NCBI GenBank assembly: GCA_012813795.1
Contig: GCA_012813795.1_4087.1
DNA length: 64,000 nucleotides
Strand: one strand, 5' to 3'
DNA from: a phage
The notes under the pieces are model-generated. The model did not search any database and had not been told where the DNA came from. It saw nothing but the letters and a program-made list of their open reading frames with translations. Positions 32,001 to 40,378 of the stretch are shown here, piece after piece. Each line of letters opens with the position of its first letter. Within the stretch, counting starts at the first letter, position 1. A program made the translations under genes and the position numbers.

Positions 32001-34634
32001 AACGCAGTAACTGTAAACGTCGGTGGTATTACTGCTAAAGGTGGCTTGACTGTTGCTTCTGGAAACTTGAAAGTTGCTGCTGCGGCAGTGGTTGATGGTT
32101 CAGTAAGTGCTGGTTCATACACAAGTGCTGGAGATAAAATAACACTAGCTAAACCAACAGATGTTACTGGTGATTTGCACGTTGAAGGTGCTTTCACTGC
32201 AACTTCCGTTGATTTTAGTGATACTAATTTGACTGTTAAATCACTACAAGTTAATAATGACGTTACTATTGATGGTAACTTAACTATCAAAAATGCTGAG
32301 TTGGAAACTAACACATTAGCAAGTACTACAAGTACTACTGTTGGTACTGACCTAATTCTAACTACTGGTACAATTACTGGTGCTCCAATAATTTCTGGTG
32401 CTACTACACTAAGTTCAACACTACATACAGTGGGTGCTGCAACTTTTGATAGTACTGTTGATGTTGGTGGTAAAATTACTTCTAAATCAATCCAAGTAAG
32501 TGATACTGGTGTTGGTGTAGCTGTTGATAATGATGCAACTGTTGGTGGTTATTTGACAATTGGTGAAACATTAGGTGTTACTGGGTTAAGTACTCTATCT
32601 GGTGGGGTTGATGCAGGTTCTGCATTAATTAAAACTACTGGTGAAGTTCAATCCGCAACTCTTCAAACTTCTGGTAAAGCAACACTAGCAAGTGTTGATG
32701 TTTCAGGTGATGCAGTTGTTACTGGTGACCTAACTGTTAAAGGTGCATTTACACCTGAAGGTAGCCTAAACATAGGTTCTGCTGTTCTAAACGTTGAAGG
32801 TATTGATGCAAGTGCTAACTTAACTGCACTCGGTTCTGTAACTGCTGGTACTACACTAACTGTTACTGGTGTTTCAACTCTAAATGGTGGTACTAACACT
32901 ACTACTCTTTCAACAAGTGGTAAAGCTACATTAAGTAGTGCGGAAGTTACTGGTGCTCTAAGTGCTGGTGGTGCTTTAACTGTTACTGGCACTACAAATC
33001 TAACTGGAAAACTAACCGCTGGTGAAGCTGCTCTCAGTTCACTAACAGTTTCTGGTGATGTTACCATTAATGGAACACTAAACCCTGGAACATTGGATCT
33101 ATCTACTACTCCAGTTGATGCGAAAAGCTTGAAATCCAGAGAAACACTAGAAGTTACTGGCCTAAGCACACTAACTGGTGGTTTGGCTGTTAGTGCAAAT
33201 GCCGCAATCACTGCTGCTGGTGACATTACAGGTACGACAATTACCACAACTGGTAAAGGTACATTTGGTAGTGCAGAAGTAACTACTGGTTTGACTGTTG
33301 GTGGTGCTTTGGTTGTTAATGGTGCATCCGTGAACATCTCTGATGCTTCTACTGTGACTATGCCTAAAGCTGATATTTCTGCGAAAGGTATTATCATCGG
33401 TACTAAAGTTAGTTCAAGATCGGAAACTATCCAATTTGTTGGTGATACTTATATTGGTAATGACCTATTTGTTGCTGGTAATATTAACGGTTCAGTAGAT
33501 TTGGATGGTCAGGATATTTCCCTGAACTCATTAACTTCTAATACCACAATTCACGCAGTTGAGGATATTACTACTGATGAAGATATGCACGCACGTGCTG
33601 CAACATTCGGTGCAAAAGGTTCAACATCTAACAGCCTAACTGTTAATGGTAACGCAGTAACTACTGGCGACTTTACGGTTACTGGTAAGATTATTGGTAC
33701 ACTGGACCAATCTGCAAGTGCAGTCGAAGTTAAATCTCTAACTTCTACAACCTTTATCGCTGCTAACACAACCCTTACCGTTGGTTCAACAATCACTGCT
33801 GAAGGTTTGAGTACATTGAAAGGTGGTATTGTAACTAATGGTGCTACAATCAACGCTGGTGCTGGTGCTATCACCACAACTGGTGATGTTTCTGGTGCAA
33901 ACGTTAATGTATCTGGTGCAGTATCAACTGCAACTATTACAACTTCTGGCCTAGCAACTATGGCAAGTGCTAAGATTAACACTACTCTAGCAGTTACTGG
34001 TGCAACTACACTATCTGATGTTGTTACTATCGGTAAGAAACTAACTGTTAGTACTGGTGGTATCGAAATCACTGCGGGTGGCTTCAATGTAGTTGCGGGT
34101 GGTGCAGCAATTACTGGTGCTACTAACCTTAAAGGTGCTGTAACACTAGGTTCTGCGTCTGCTGATGCAATCACAGTTACTGGTACATCTTCATTTGCTG
34201 AAAATGCAACATTTGCTAAAGATGTAACTATTGAAGGTACACTACATACTGATATTGCTGATTTAGTAACTGAAAGTGTAACTACTAAAAAGTATGCTGT
34301 TACACCTGCTGCTAAAGTTACTGCTTCTGGTGTGGCTCCGTCTGAAGGGACATGGACACCTGATGGTCAATCAAATGTGTATTATATCACACTTGACCAA
34401 GCAACAACTACTCTTGGTCCAATTAACGGATTGATTGGAAGTGGGAAGGCTGGTTCTTACTATATCTACGTACAACAAGATGCAACTGGTGGACGTGAAT
34501 TTACCACTGATGGTACTTATGCAGTAGTAGGTGGTGAGATTAATAAAACACAAAATACAGTTAGTATCATTCAGTTGATTTATGATGGATACAGCCCAGT
34601 AGTAGATATGTTTATAGCTCAACGTACTGCTTAA
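29091..34634 (+). CDS. long tail fiber-like protein, highly repetitive (1847 aa)
   Basis: T/G/A/V/L-rich fibrous composition with recurring TVTG / LTV / TGxT motifs; internal tandem duplication of about 165 aa; RBS GGAGGG; AATAAATA box at 29025-29032. Confidence 0.7.
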   Translation: MYSIKTDLAVTGNTNVGKELSVKGNAVFDKNVTIKGTVSFADATFTAITVDQATINTTLDVTGKASLKGGMDVLGNTVIGNTTAGSDTATINSNATFNGTSTFAKDITQTSGKAIFQDTTTSALEVNGTTTLNGNLTAAAATTASFDKLTANEATIATVSATDITATGATVENLTVTGKLDGDFTLGDVNTDNLVVNKLSTLKGAVTLESNIIGTNSVANLKAVSLGSNAADTTTRVGFAYTAPGLRPTVILQNEVQSELMTPANLTVLKTATFGDVSAATNGITAKGLNLFDYLTLSGNSIQDPNTPILRVTKGKTQLTDLQVDGTTNITGKTTVGDLDITGTLSGNFVLSDITADNLVVEKLTTLKGALNLESNIVGSTANANLKSVTLGGNVADTNAKVNFTYTAPGLRPTVILQNEVQSELMTPANLTVLKTATFGDVSASTYGITAKGLNLFDYLKITGNAVQDPNTLTLDVGGKAQFKDVNFTGTVTGFVPDISGQDITPKDVIASGNISGVNLDASGTLTVGGDSVLKGTTITDLTVTGTTTGITLAGQDITPKDVTASGNVKGVDVTASGNLKVNGTTTLAGNTVVDGLFEVVGQTTTVKDLNVTGTLSGAAIKANVDGLDILPNSVTTTEEVAVGTNLSVGGNALFSGLKVEVTGKVTGVGSDALETGSIESDGTITAPNITATTKVTAASAQITGTGTGLSVDHNASVGGDLNVTGTLTAGVIDLHDAEVTVKKLNVSESAHVGGDLTVDGTVDLSAAIVTVKSLTSTGPVISKDTTGTNILPKLQSTDITTTNSTTGTATVTTANISTLNVTGESTLAAVSAVSVTTPTIVNTDGINLENDTIAHGNLTVKGTFTPEGGLDLSPVDISSKSLTTTEGATIGGSLTVDGAINAAAADLTVKSLTSSGVITVTENTEPSILPKLTSTEATAGKLNVTGDATVGGKATVSGALEVTGASTFGNAVTVNVGGITAKGGLTVASGNLKVAAAAVVDGSVSAGSYTSAGDKITLAKPTDVTGDLHVEGAFTATSVDFSDTNLTVKSLQVNNDVTIDGNLTIKNAELETNTLASTTSTTVGTDLILTTGTITGAPIISGATTLSSTLHTVGAATFDSTVDVGGKITSKSIQVSDTGVGVAVDNDATVGGYLTIGETLGVTGLSTLSGGVDAGSALIKTTGEVQSATLQTSGKATLASVDVSGDAVVTGDLTVKGAFTPEGSLNIGSAVLNVEGIDASANLTALGSVTAGTTLTVTGVSTLNGGTNTTTLSTSGKATLSSAEVTGALSAGGALTVTGTTNLTGKLTAGEAALSSLTVSGDVTINGTLNPGTLDLSTTPVDAKSLKSRETLEVTGLSTLTGGLAVSANAAITAAGDITGTTITTTGKGTFGSAEVTTGLTVGGALVVNGASVNISDASTVTMPKADISAKGIIIGTKVSSRSETIQFVGDTYIGNDLFVAGNINGSVDLDGQDISLNSLTSNTTIHAVEDITTDEDMHARAATFGAKGSTSNSLTVNGNAVTTGDFTVTGKIIGTLDQSASAVEVKSLTSTTFIAANTTLTVGSTITAEGLSTLKGGIVTNGATINAGAGAITTTGDVSGANVNVSGAVSTATITTSGLATMASAKINTTLAVTGATTLSDVVTIGKKLTVSTGGIEITAGGFNVVAGGAAITGATNLKGAVTLGSASADAITVTGTSSFAENATFAKDVTIEGTLHTDIADLVTESVTTKKYAVTPAAKVTASGVAPSEGTWTPDGQSNVYYITLDQATTTLGPINGLIGSGKAGSYYIYVQQDATGGREFTTDGTYAVVGGEINKTQNTVSIIQLIYDGYSPVVDMFIAQRTA
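29622..30525 (+). repeat. intragenic tandem duplication (period 495 bp, about 165 aa) inside the long fiber gene
   Basis: Protein segments GKLDGDF...QDPNT and GTLSGNF...QDPNT are collinear; a core of about 95 nt (29832-29926 vs 30327-30421) is identical except for two substitutions, while the flanks are clearly more divergent. Confidence 0.85.
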
Positions 34635-34702
34635 TATATATGGTGCGGGGATTTTCCCCGCACTGTATTGTAAATAATTTAATTTTTTAATGAGGTAATA
34701 TT

Positions 34703-35479
34703 ATGGCTCAATTTACATATGTAAGTGGTAGTTCACCTACTGATTATAAACTAGGAAATATAATTTCAAATCCAATAAATGTAAAAGGTCTTTCATTAAG
34801 TCCACCACCACCCAATGATCCTACTGGTGAATATCATTATACCTACAGCGATATTAGACCATTGTATGGTATAAAAACATCACCCGATGCAGTACTACCA
34901 ATAAAAACTGATGAAGTTCGTAAACTTGAAGGTTTTTGGTGGTTGGATTATGCATCAATTGGAGACAAAAACACCAAAGGTGAATATCTAGAATATCGTA
35001 AACCAAAAGGTGATGCAGTAGTTACATTTAACGAAACCGAAGTAGCACCATATGCAGCATTAACAGCAGTAAAAACACAAACCTACATTGATATGGATTT
35101 GGCTGATGTTAAAGCTGATTTGAAGCAAAGAACCGCATCTGAACGAGATAATTTAATTAATAGTGGTTATCATTACGGAACAGTTGATGTAACATTCCCT
35201 AGTGATGTTAATGGTCGTCAGATGTTAAACAACTATTATACACAAGCGATTAATGGTTCCCAAACTATTAATATCTATCTAGATAGTGGTGAGATTGTAA
35301 CAGTTGATGGTGATGAGATGGTTGAAATTTTCAATGGTCTATTGGCACAAATCGACGGTTACTTTGATGCAGCAACTGCACAACAAACTGCAATTGATGC
35401 AGCAACTACAATCATTGATGCACAAAAAGCAGCAACTTTTGTATATCCAGATCAATCTAAGATCCCAGTACGTGATTAA
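34703..35479 (+). CDS. hypothetical protein (possible fiber accessory or assembly factor)
   Basis: 258 aa ORF immediately after the long fiber gene and before another fiber gene; no motif recognised. Confidence 0.45.
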   Translation: MAQFTYVSGSSPTDYKLGNIISNPINVKGLSLSPPPPNDPTGEYHYTYSDIRPLYGIKTSPDAVLPIKTDEVRKLEGFWWLDYASIGDKNTKGEYLEYRKPKGDAVVTFNETEVAPYAALTAVKTQTYIDMDLADVKADLKQRTASERDNLINSGYHYGTVDVTFPSDVNGRQMLNNYYTQAINGSQTINIYLDSGEIVTVDGDEMVEIFNGLLAQIDGYFDAATAQQTAIDAATTIIDAQKAATFVYPDQSKIPVRD

Positions 35480-35489
35480 TAAACACTAA

Positions 35490-35519
35490 GGTCAACTATG
35501 GTTGGCCTTTTCTTTTTCT
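35490..35519 (+). terminator. rho-independent terminator
   Basis: GGTCAAC-TATG-GTTGGCC (one G-U pair) followed by TTTTCTTTTTCT. Confidence 0.65.
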
Positions 35520-35560
35520 TAAAATAAATACTTGATATAATTGTATGAGGATAGTCAATA

Positions 35561-37534
35561 ATGTCAATTAATAGAATTCGTGGTGATGGTGGTGTTATCA
35601 TAGATAGCAAAGCTTTCCTTGAACTACCAAAAGCCCCAACGATAGTAACAGCAGACCAAATGCGTACAGGTATGATTCGATACAACACTGAATGGAAAGC
35701 ATTCGAAGGTGTTCTCGAATTTGAAGATGGTTCAGTTGCGTATAGACGTTTTGCAAACCTAGATGCAAATGGCAAACTATTGTCATCTCAATTACCAGAT
35801 TCTGTAACAAGTGGATTGCAATTCCTTGGTACATATGATGCTATTGAAGATGATACAAATCCACCAGCATCCTATACAGCATTACCTGCACCATCTGTTT
35901 CCTTAAATGGTGATTATTATGTTGTTCGTGGTGTTATGGATGCAGCACAAGAGCACTATACACAAAATACCCCCACAACAAGCCCAGTTAAATTCACACC
36001 AGTGAATCCAACTGGTCAAGGTGATTGGATTGAAATTCTATATTATATAGATCAAAACCCAATTGAACCAACTAAAAAATTGGTAAGTTATGCGTTTGCT
36101 CGTATTATAACAACTGCAATCCCAGCAAGTGGTCATGAAGGTCTTGTGAATTTGGCACAAGATGAATCGATCACTACACCTTTTGATACATCTTTGACAC
36201 CACAAGGCCAAACTGCATTAGCTGATAGTGACTGGATTATCATCACTGAAACTAAAAACATTCGCCTACGTCAGTCAAGAGCTAGTATTTCAGCTTCTTC
36301 AGTACTGTATGATAACACTATCATGGTTGGTAGTCAACGTCAATTTAGTACCAACGCAGGTACAGTTCAAACTACCTTAGATAACCTCGTATTAGAGGGC
36401 TTACGCCGCACTGGTGACTCTATGGTTGATGATGGACTGATAGGCAAAGGAAGACTAGGGGTAACTTATGGTAGTGCTACAGAGCCAGCTATAGGCTTTA
36501 ATAACGCACCATATGACCCAAACACTAACCCAGGAAACGATCCAAGTAAATGGACTGACACAAAAACTGGTATTTTCCACCCAGCAGATGCCGCTATTGG
36601 TTTAACCACAGCAGGTGTTGAACGTGTGCGAGTAACAAATGGTTCTTTGAATTTATATCAAAGCACTACTACCCCCGCATCTGCACCAACATTACGTTTT
36701 GCTAATGCTTCCAACACAAACGTAGGCATTAGTGGTGAAAATAATATTTTGTCATTTAGTTCTATGAACAAAGTACAAGTTGAAATACAAAATGGTGTAA
36801 CCAAATTACATGGAAACTTAGAAGTTGATGGTATTAGTACTTTAACGGGTGATGTTACGGCGGTTTCAAATGTTACAACTAATGGTAATTTGAACGTTAA
36901 AGGGAATACTATATTAGGAACTGGTAGTTCAACTAATTTATTAACAGTTAACTCGGTGTCCACGTTTAATAAAGAAACTAATTTTATCAATGCTAATAAT
37001 AATTTTAATGGAATCCTGCTAACCAGTGGTAATTCATTTAGATTTGCACACGTTACCAACGATATTAATATGAAACTACTAAACGGTGAATTGCGTATGG
37101 ATGTTCGTGGTTATGCGGATTTATCTGTATATGACAGTAATGTGTTGCGTACACGTATTAACCGTTATGGTATCCAATTACCAGTACTGACAACTGTTAA
37201 TGACAGTGAAGGTGTTGATGGTATGATTGCGTACTCTGAACAGAATAGAACATCAATGCAGAAAGTTGATGGTAAATGGGTTCCGATTGGTTCTGGTACA
37301 GTAAGAACTACATTATTCACTGTTGATAATTGGGTACTTGATGGTGCATATTACAGACTGACAGTTCCAGAAACTGATATAGTTAATGCTGAAATTCAAG
37401 AACAAGTAGCAACTGATGAATTTGTTAAAGTTGATGTTGATAGTGTTAAGTTTACATTAACTGGTGTAGTTTATAGTATTCCTTCTTCTCCTGATGTTCG
37501 TTTTGCAGGAAGAACATTAGTAACCGTGAAATAA
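35561..37534 (+). CDS. tail fiber protein
   Basis: 657 aa; N-terminal conserved-looking segment (GMIRYNTEWKAFEGV), fibrous middle and distinct C-terminus; RBS GAGGA; both ATAAATA and TGATATAAT boxes upstream. Confidence 0.55.
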   Translation: MSINRIRGDGGVIIDSKAFLELPKAPTIVTADQMRTGMIRYNTEWKAFEGVLEFEDGSVAYRRFANLDANGKLLSSQLPDSVTSGLQFLGTYDAIEDDTNPPASYTALPAPSVSLNGDYYVVRGVMDAAQEHYTQNTPTTSPVKFTPVNPTGQGDWIEILYYIDQNPIEPTKKLVSYAFARIITTAIPASGHEGLVNLAQDESITTPFDTSLTPQGQTALADSDWIIITETKNIRLRQSRASISASSVLYDNTIMVGSQRQFSTNAGTVQTTLDNLVLEGLRRTGDSMVDDGLIGKGRLGVTYGSATEPAIGFNNAPYDPNTNPGNDPSKWTDTKTGIFHPADAAIGLTTAGVERVRVTNGSLNLYQSTTTPASAPTLRFANASNTNVGISGENNILSFSSMNKVQVEIQNGVTKLHGNLEVDGISTLTGDVTAVSNVTTNGNLNVKGNTILGTGSSTNLLTVNSVSTFNKETNFINANNNFNGILLTSGNSFRFAHVTNDINMKLLNGELRMDVRGYADLSVYDSNVLRTRINRYGIQLPVLTTVNDSEGVDGMIAYSEQNRTSMQKVDGKWVPIGSGTVRTTLFTVDNWVLDGAYYRLTVPETDIVNAEIQEQVATDEFVKVDVDSVKFTLTGVVYSIPSSPDVRFAGRTLVTVK

Positions 37535-37562
37535 AAAAAGGGAGACAAATGTCTCCCTTTTC
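37533..37562. terminator. bidirectional rho-independent terminator between fiber gene (+) and thyA (-)
   Basis: AAAAAAA GGGAGACA-AA-TGTCTCCC TTTTCT. Confidence 0.75.
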
Positions 37563-37564
37563 TA

Positions 37565-38494
37565 TTATACAGCCATTGGTGCTTTGATTGTTGGCATTGG
37601 ATTGTAATTCAAAAGTTTGAAAGAATCCATTGTAAAATCTTCAATATCGGTAATTGAAGGATCTAGCCATAGTTCTGGTAATTCACGTGGTTCACGTTGA
37701 AGTTGTTCTTTTACTTGTTCAACGTGGTTTTTGTAAATGTGACAATCACCACCATTCCAAATAAACTCACCAACCTCAAGTCCAGTGATTTGTGCAATCA
37801 TATGGGTTAGTAGTGAATAGCTACTAATATTAAATGGTACTCCCAAAAATAGATCCGCACTGCGTTGATGTAGAATACAGCTTAGCTTGCCCTGTACGAC
37901 ACAAAACTGTACAAAGCTATGGCAGGGTGGTAAAGTCATATCATCAAGCTCACCGACGTTCCAGGCACTTAGAATGTGACGGCGACCATATGGGTCGGCT
38001 TTAATACCCTCAATAACTTGTTTTAGCTGGTCAGTAACTCGACGCATAACAACACCATGAGCACCAGTATAATCAATAACTTTATAACCTTTATCTTTCA
38101 ATTCTTGAATTTCTTCAGTACTGGTACTGAATTTATAATCTTCCCATTCACGCCATTGCTTACCATAAACTGGTCCAAGCTCACCATTAGAATATCCAAG
38201 AGCTACACCTTGATTAAGGTAGTTATCTGTCCAAATTGTTTTCTTTTCCCAATCACGAGTGCCGTGTAGAATTTCACACAAGCGACGCTCATCATGAGAA
38301 CCTTCAATGAACCATAATAATTCTGAAGTCATTGCTTTCCAAGCTAAACGTTTGGTTGTCACTGCTGGAAAGCCTTGTTGAAGGTCAAAACGCATTTGTT
38401 GACCGATTAGTTTGATAGTACCTACACCTGTACGATCAGTACTTTCTACGCCTTCATCCAGAATTTTTTGATATAGTTCTTGTAGTTGTTTCAT
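37565..38494 (-). CDS. thyA: thymidylate synthase (ThyA family, with a small-domain insert)
   Basis: 309 aa; DRTGVGT, LAWKAMTSELLWF, ILSAWNVGELD, catalytic PCH and the dUMP-specifying Asn in GVPFNISSY; alignable along its length with bacterial ThyA apart from an insert of about 35 aa. Confidence 0.9.
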   Translation of the reverse strand: MKQLQELYQKILDEGVESTDRTGVGTIKLIGQQMRFDLQQGFPAVTTKRLAWKAMTSELLWFIEGSHDERRLCEILHGTRDWEKKTIWTDNYLNQGVALGYSNGELGPVYGKQWREWEDYKFSTSTEEIQELKDKGYKVIDYTGAHGVVMRRVTDQLKQVIEGIKADPYGRRHILSAWNVGELDDMTLPPCHSFVQFCVVQGKLSCILHQRSADLFLGVPFNISSYSLLTHMIAQITGLEVGEFIWNGGDCHIYKNHVEQVKEQLQREPRELPELWLDPSITDIEDFTMDSFKLLNYNPMPTIKAPMAV

Positions 38495-38497
38495 TGT

Positions 38498-39088
38498 TCA
38501 TCCTTGAAAAAATGTTGTAAAGTGCATCATATGCTTTTCTTGTGCATTTCTTGAGCCTATTCCCGTCCAATTTCCATGTGGCTTAGGTACTGATGCGGTT
38601 TCTTCGAATTCTTTTAGTACTGGATTATATGAATATACTTTTCTGTCATTAATGTCATAGCAGTATATTTCAGGATTATCAGTACTGTCAATATACATTT
38701 GTACAGCCCATGCAGTACCACCACTGACTTGAGTAGGTGAAACCAGTGATGCCATACAATAAACTCTCTCTGTGTTTAAAATTTGATATCTATTACGTGC
38801 TAATAGATTATAAACATATGAGCCAGGTTTAGGAACACGGCGTTGTAATGAATAACATGCCATGTTTAGTTGGTGTAGAATAGAACTATCATTCAAAATA
38901 TAAGATGGGATTTCTAATATAGTACTTTCATCAACACTATGATTATGATTTTTGAATGAAAAGTTAATTACATTAAAACCATTTTCCATAGCATATAAAG
39001 TAAAAAAGCGGTCTGCACCTTGTGCACCACCGCTATAAAATGTATTAGTTAATCCCTTGATTGCTTCATCAAGTTCATTTATCGTCAT
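38498..39088 (-). CDS. hypothetical protein with GGAQGAD Rossmann-like motif (possible SLOG/DprA-like nucleotide-binding fold)
   Basis: 196 aa; N-terminal FYSGGAQGADRF motif is reminiscent of SLOG/LOG/DprA-type Rossmann proteins; lies directly upstream of thyA in the same operon. Confidence 0.4.
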   Translation of the reverse strand: MTINELDEAIKGLTNTFYSGGAQGADRFFTLYAMENGFNVINFSFKNHNHSVDESTILEIPSYILNDSSILHQLNMACYSLQRRVPKPGSYVYNLLARNRYQILNTERVYCMASLVSPTQVSGGTAWAVQMYIDSTDNPEIYCYDINDRKVYSYNPVLKEFEETASVPKPHGNWTGIGSRNAQEKHMMHFTTFFQG

Positions 39089-39380
39089 TCTTATGTTCCA
39101 AAGCAGACATTAATTCTTGTAAATTCTCATCCTCTAATGCGAAACTGGTTTCAAGGGCTGCCAAAATGACAGCACCAGCTTTGATTAAGGACTCTCTAAA
39201 TTCATCGAATGATACATGCTTATCGGGGCGAGTTGCCCCTTCGAAGAGATAATAGGCACATAAGGAAGCCCAATCATTCTTTGTTTTAAGTGTATCAGAT
39301 AATGTATTTGGATTATCTATTTGTTTCTGTCTTTCTTCAGTTATTTTGAGAATGATATCTTCTCTAGTAACTTTAGCCAT
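39075..39380 (-). CDS. hypothetical small protein
   Basis: ORF track start 39401; ATG at 39380 overlaps the upstream stop (AATGGCTAA), suggesting translational coupling; 101 aa from that start. Confidence 0.4.
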   Translation of the reverse strand: MAKVTREDIILKITEERQKQIDNPNTLSDTLKTKNDWASLCAYYLFEGATRPDKHVSFDEFRESLIKAGAVILAALETSFALEDENLQELMSALEHKNDDK

Positions 39381-40029
39381 TCTTACGCTCTGCAAAAACA
39401 AGTTTTAGTTTCTCAATTGCTTTGGTTTGAGAAATACCTTCTGGGAGTTCAATGTAAAAAACTTTCTTATCAGAATCAGTTTTCACATTCGTTTCGTTGG
39501 GACGAAGAGAAGGTTCTAGGTTATAAGCACGCTCATAATGCTCTTTAGATAATTGATCATATTTTGCAGCAGTTTTTAGTAGTTCATCAACAATAGTTTC
39601 ATCTTCGACTTTTGTATCTTGAACTTGTGGATTGAATGGGTTGTAATCTTTTACTTTACCATCTTCATGTTTTTTACTTTCATTACCGTCGATTGCATCA
39701 TTCAGTACATCAAGTGAAATCTTGTTGTTACCGCCAGTGTGCATGTCAATATCACAAGTACGGACCTTACGTAGATATTGTAGATTGTGAAGAACATCTA
39801 GCATTTTACGACCATCGAGATAACCTACTTGATGCATAACTTCCCAAAGTTCAACAGAAGCTTGTCCACGACCCATAACTAAATCGGTTACAGCAGATAC
39901 ATATGCTTCTGGAAGTGAGTCACGATACACCACTAGACAATGATCATGATCATCTGGAAGTGAACGCCAAACAACGAAAACACGAGAACCAGTATTACGA
40001 ATTACACCTGTGTGACGAATAGCAGCCAT
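39373..40029 (-). CDS. hypothetical protein
   Basis: 218 aa ORF with ATG/stop overlap with the upstream gene; no motif recognised. Confidence 0.5.
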   Translation of the reverse strand: MAAIRHTGVIRNTGSRVFVVWRSLPDDHDHCLVVYRDSLPEAYVSAVTDLVMGRGQASVELWEVMHQVGYLDGRKMLDVLHNLQYLRKVRTCDIDMHTGGNNKISLDVLNDAIDGNESKKHEDGKVKDYNPFNPQVQDTKVEDETIVDELLKTAAKYDQLSKEHYERAYNLEPSLRPNETNVKTDSDKKVFYIELPEGISQTKAIEKLKLVFAERKNG

Positions 40030-40271
40030 TATTCTTCCCCTTCTGTACCAGCGGTATCTTGTGCTTGAGCAGCAGCTTCTTCACGTTCTTTGATATCAGC
40101 AAGTGCTTTATCAGCAAATTTAACGAACTTAGAAACAATTGGTGCTACGTTCACTAGTTCATCAACTTGAAACGCATTACGTGCAACCGCAGATTCCATA
40201 ATACGAGCAGCGTTGATTAGGTCAACTAGGTCTAGGATTACTTCGTCTTGTGCATTGTTTTCAGTACTCAT
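40029..40271 (-). CDS. hypothetical small acidic protein
   Basis: 80 aa; first gene after the promoter at 40305-40332. Confidence 0.45.
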   Translation of the reverse strand: MSTENNAQDEVILDLVDLINAARIMESAVARNAFQVDELVNVAPIVSKFVKFADKALADIKEREEAAAQAQDTAGTEGEE

Positions 40272-40304
40272 ATATTACTCTCCATGTATGTTATTACAAT
40301 TTCC

Positions 40305-40332
40305 ATTATATCATAGTTAATTGGGTTGTCCC
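40305..40332 (-). promoter_or_regulatory. sigma70-like promoter (GGGACA-N16-TGATATAAT)
   Basis: Extended -10 TGATATAAT with GGGACA at -35 on the minus strand, just downstream of the vWA terminator and upstream of the 80-aa gene. Confidence 0.5.
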
Positions 40333-40337
40333 AATTA

Positions 40338-40368
40338 TAAAATAAAAGAGAACGACGAATCGTTCTCT
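40338..40368 (-). terminator. rho-independent terminator after the vWA gene
   Basis: Perfect 8-bp stem AGAGAACG / CGTTCTCT with a T-rich tail on the minus strand. Confidence 0.65.
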
Positions 40369-40378
40369 ATATTTATTT

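Noticed and set aside
29438-34174. Several long minus-strand ORFs (29438-29935, 29996-30283, 30896-31162, 31229-32314, 32663-33397, 33551-34174) antisense to the long fiber gene
   Set aside because: They lie entirely within the 1847-aa plus-strand fiber ORF and translate to low-complexity V/P/S/T-rich strings; they are compositional artefacts of the repetitive GTx/ACx-rich codons on the sense strand.
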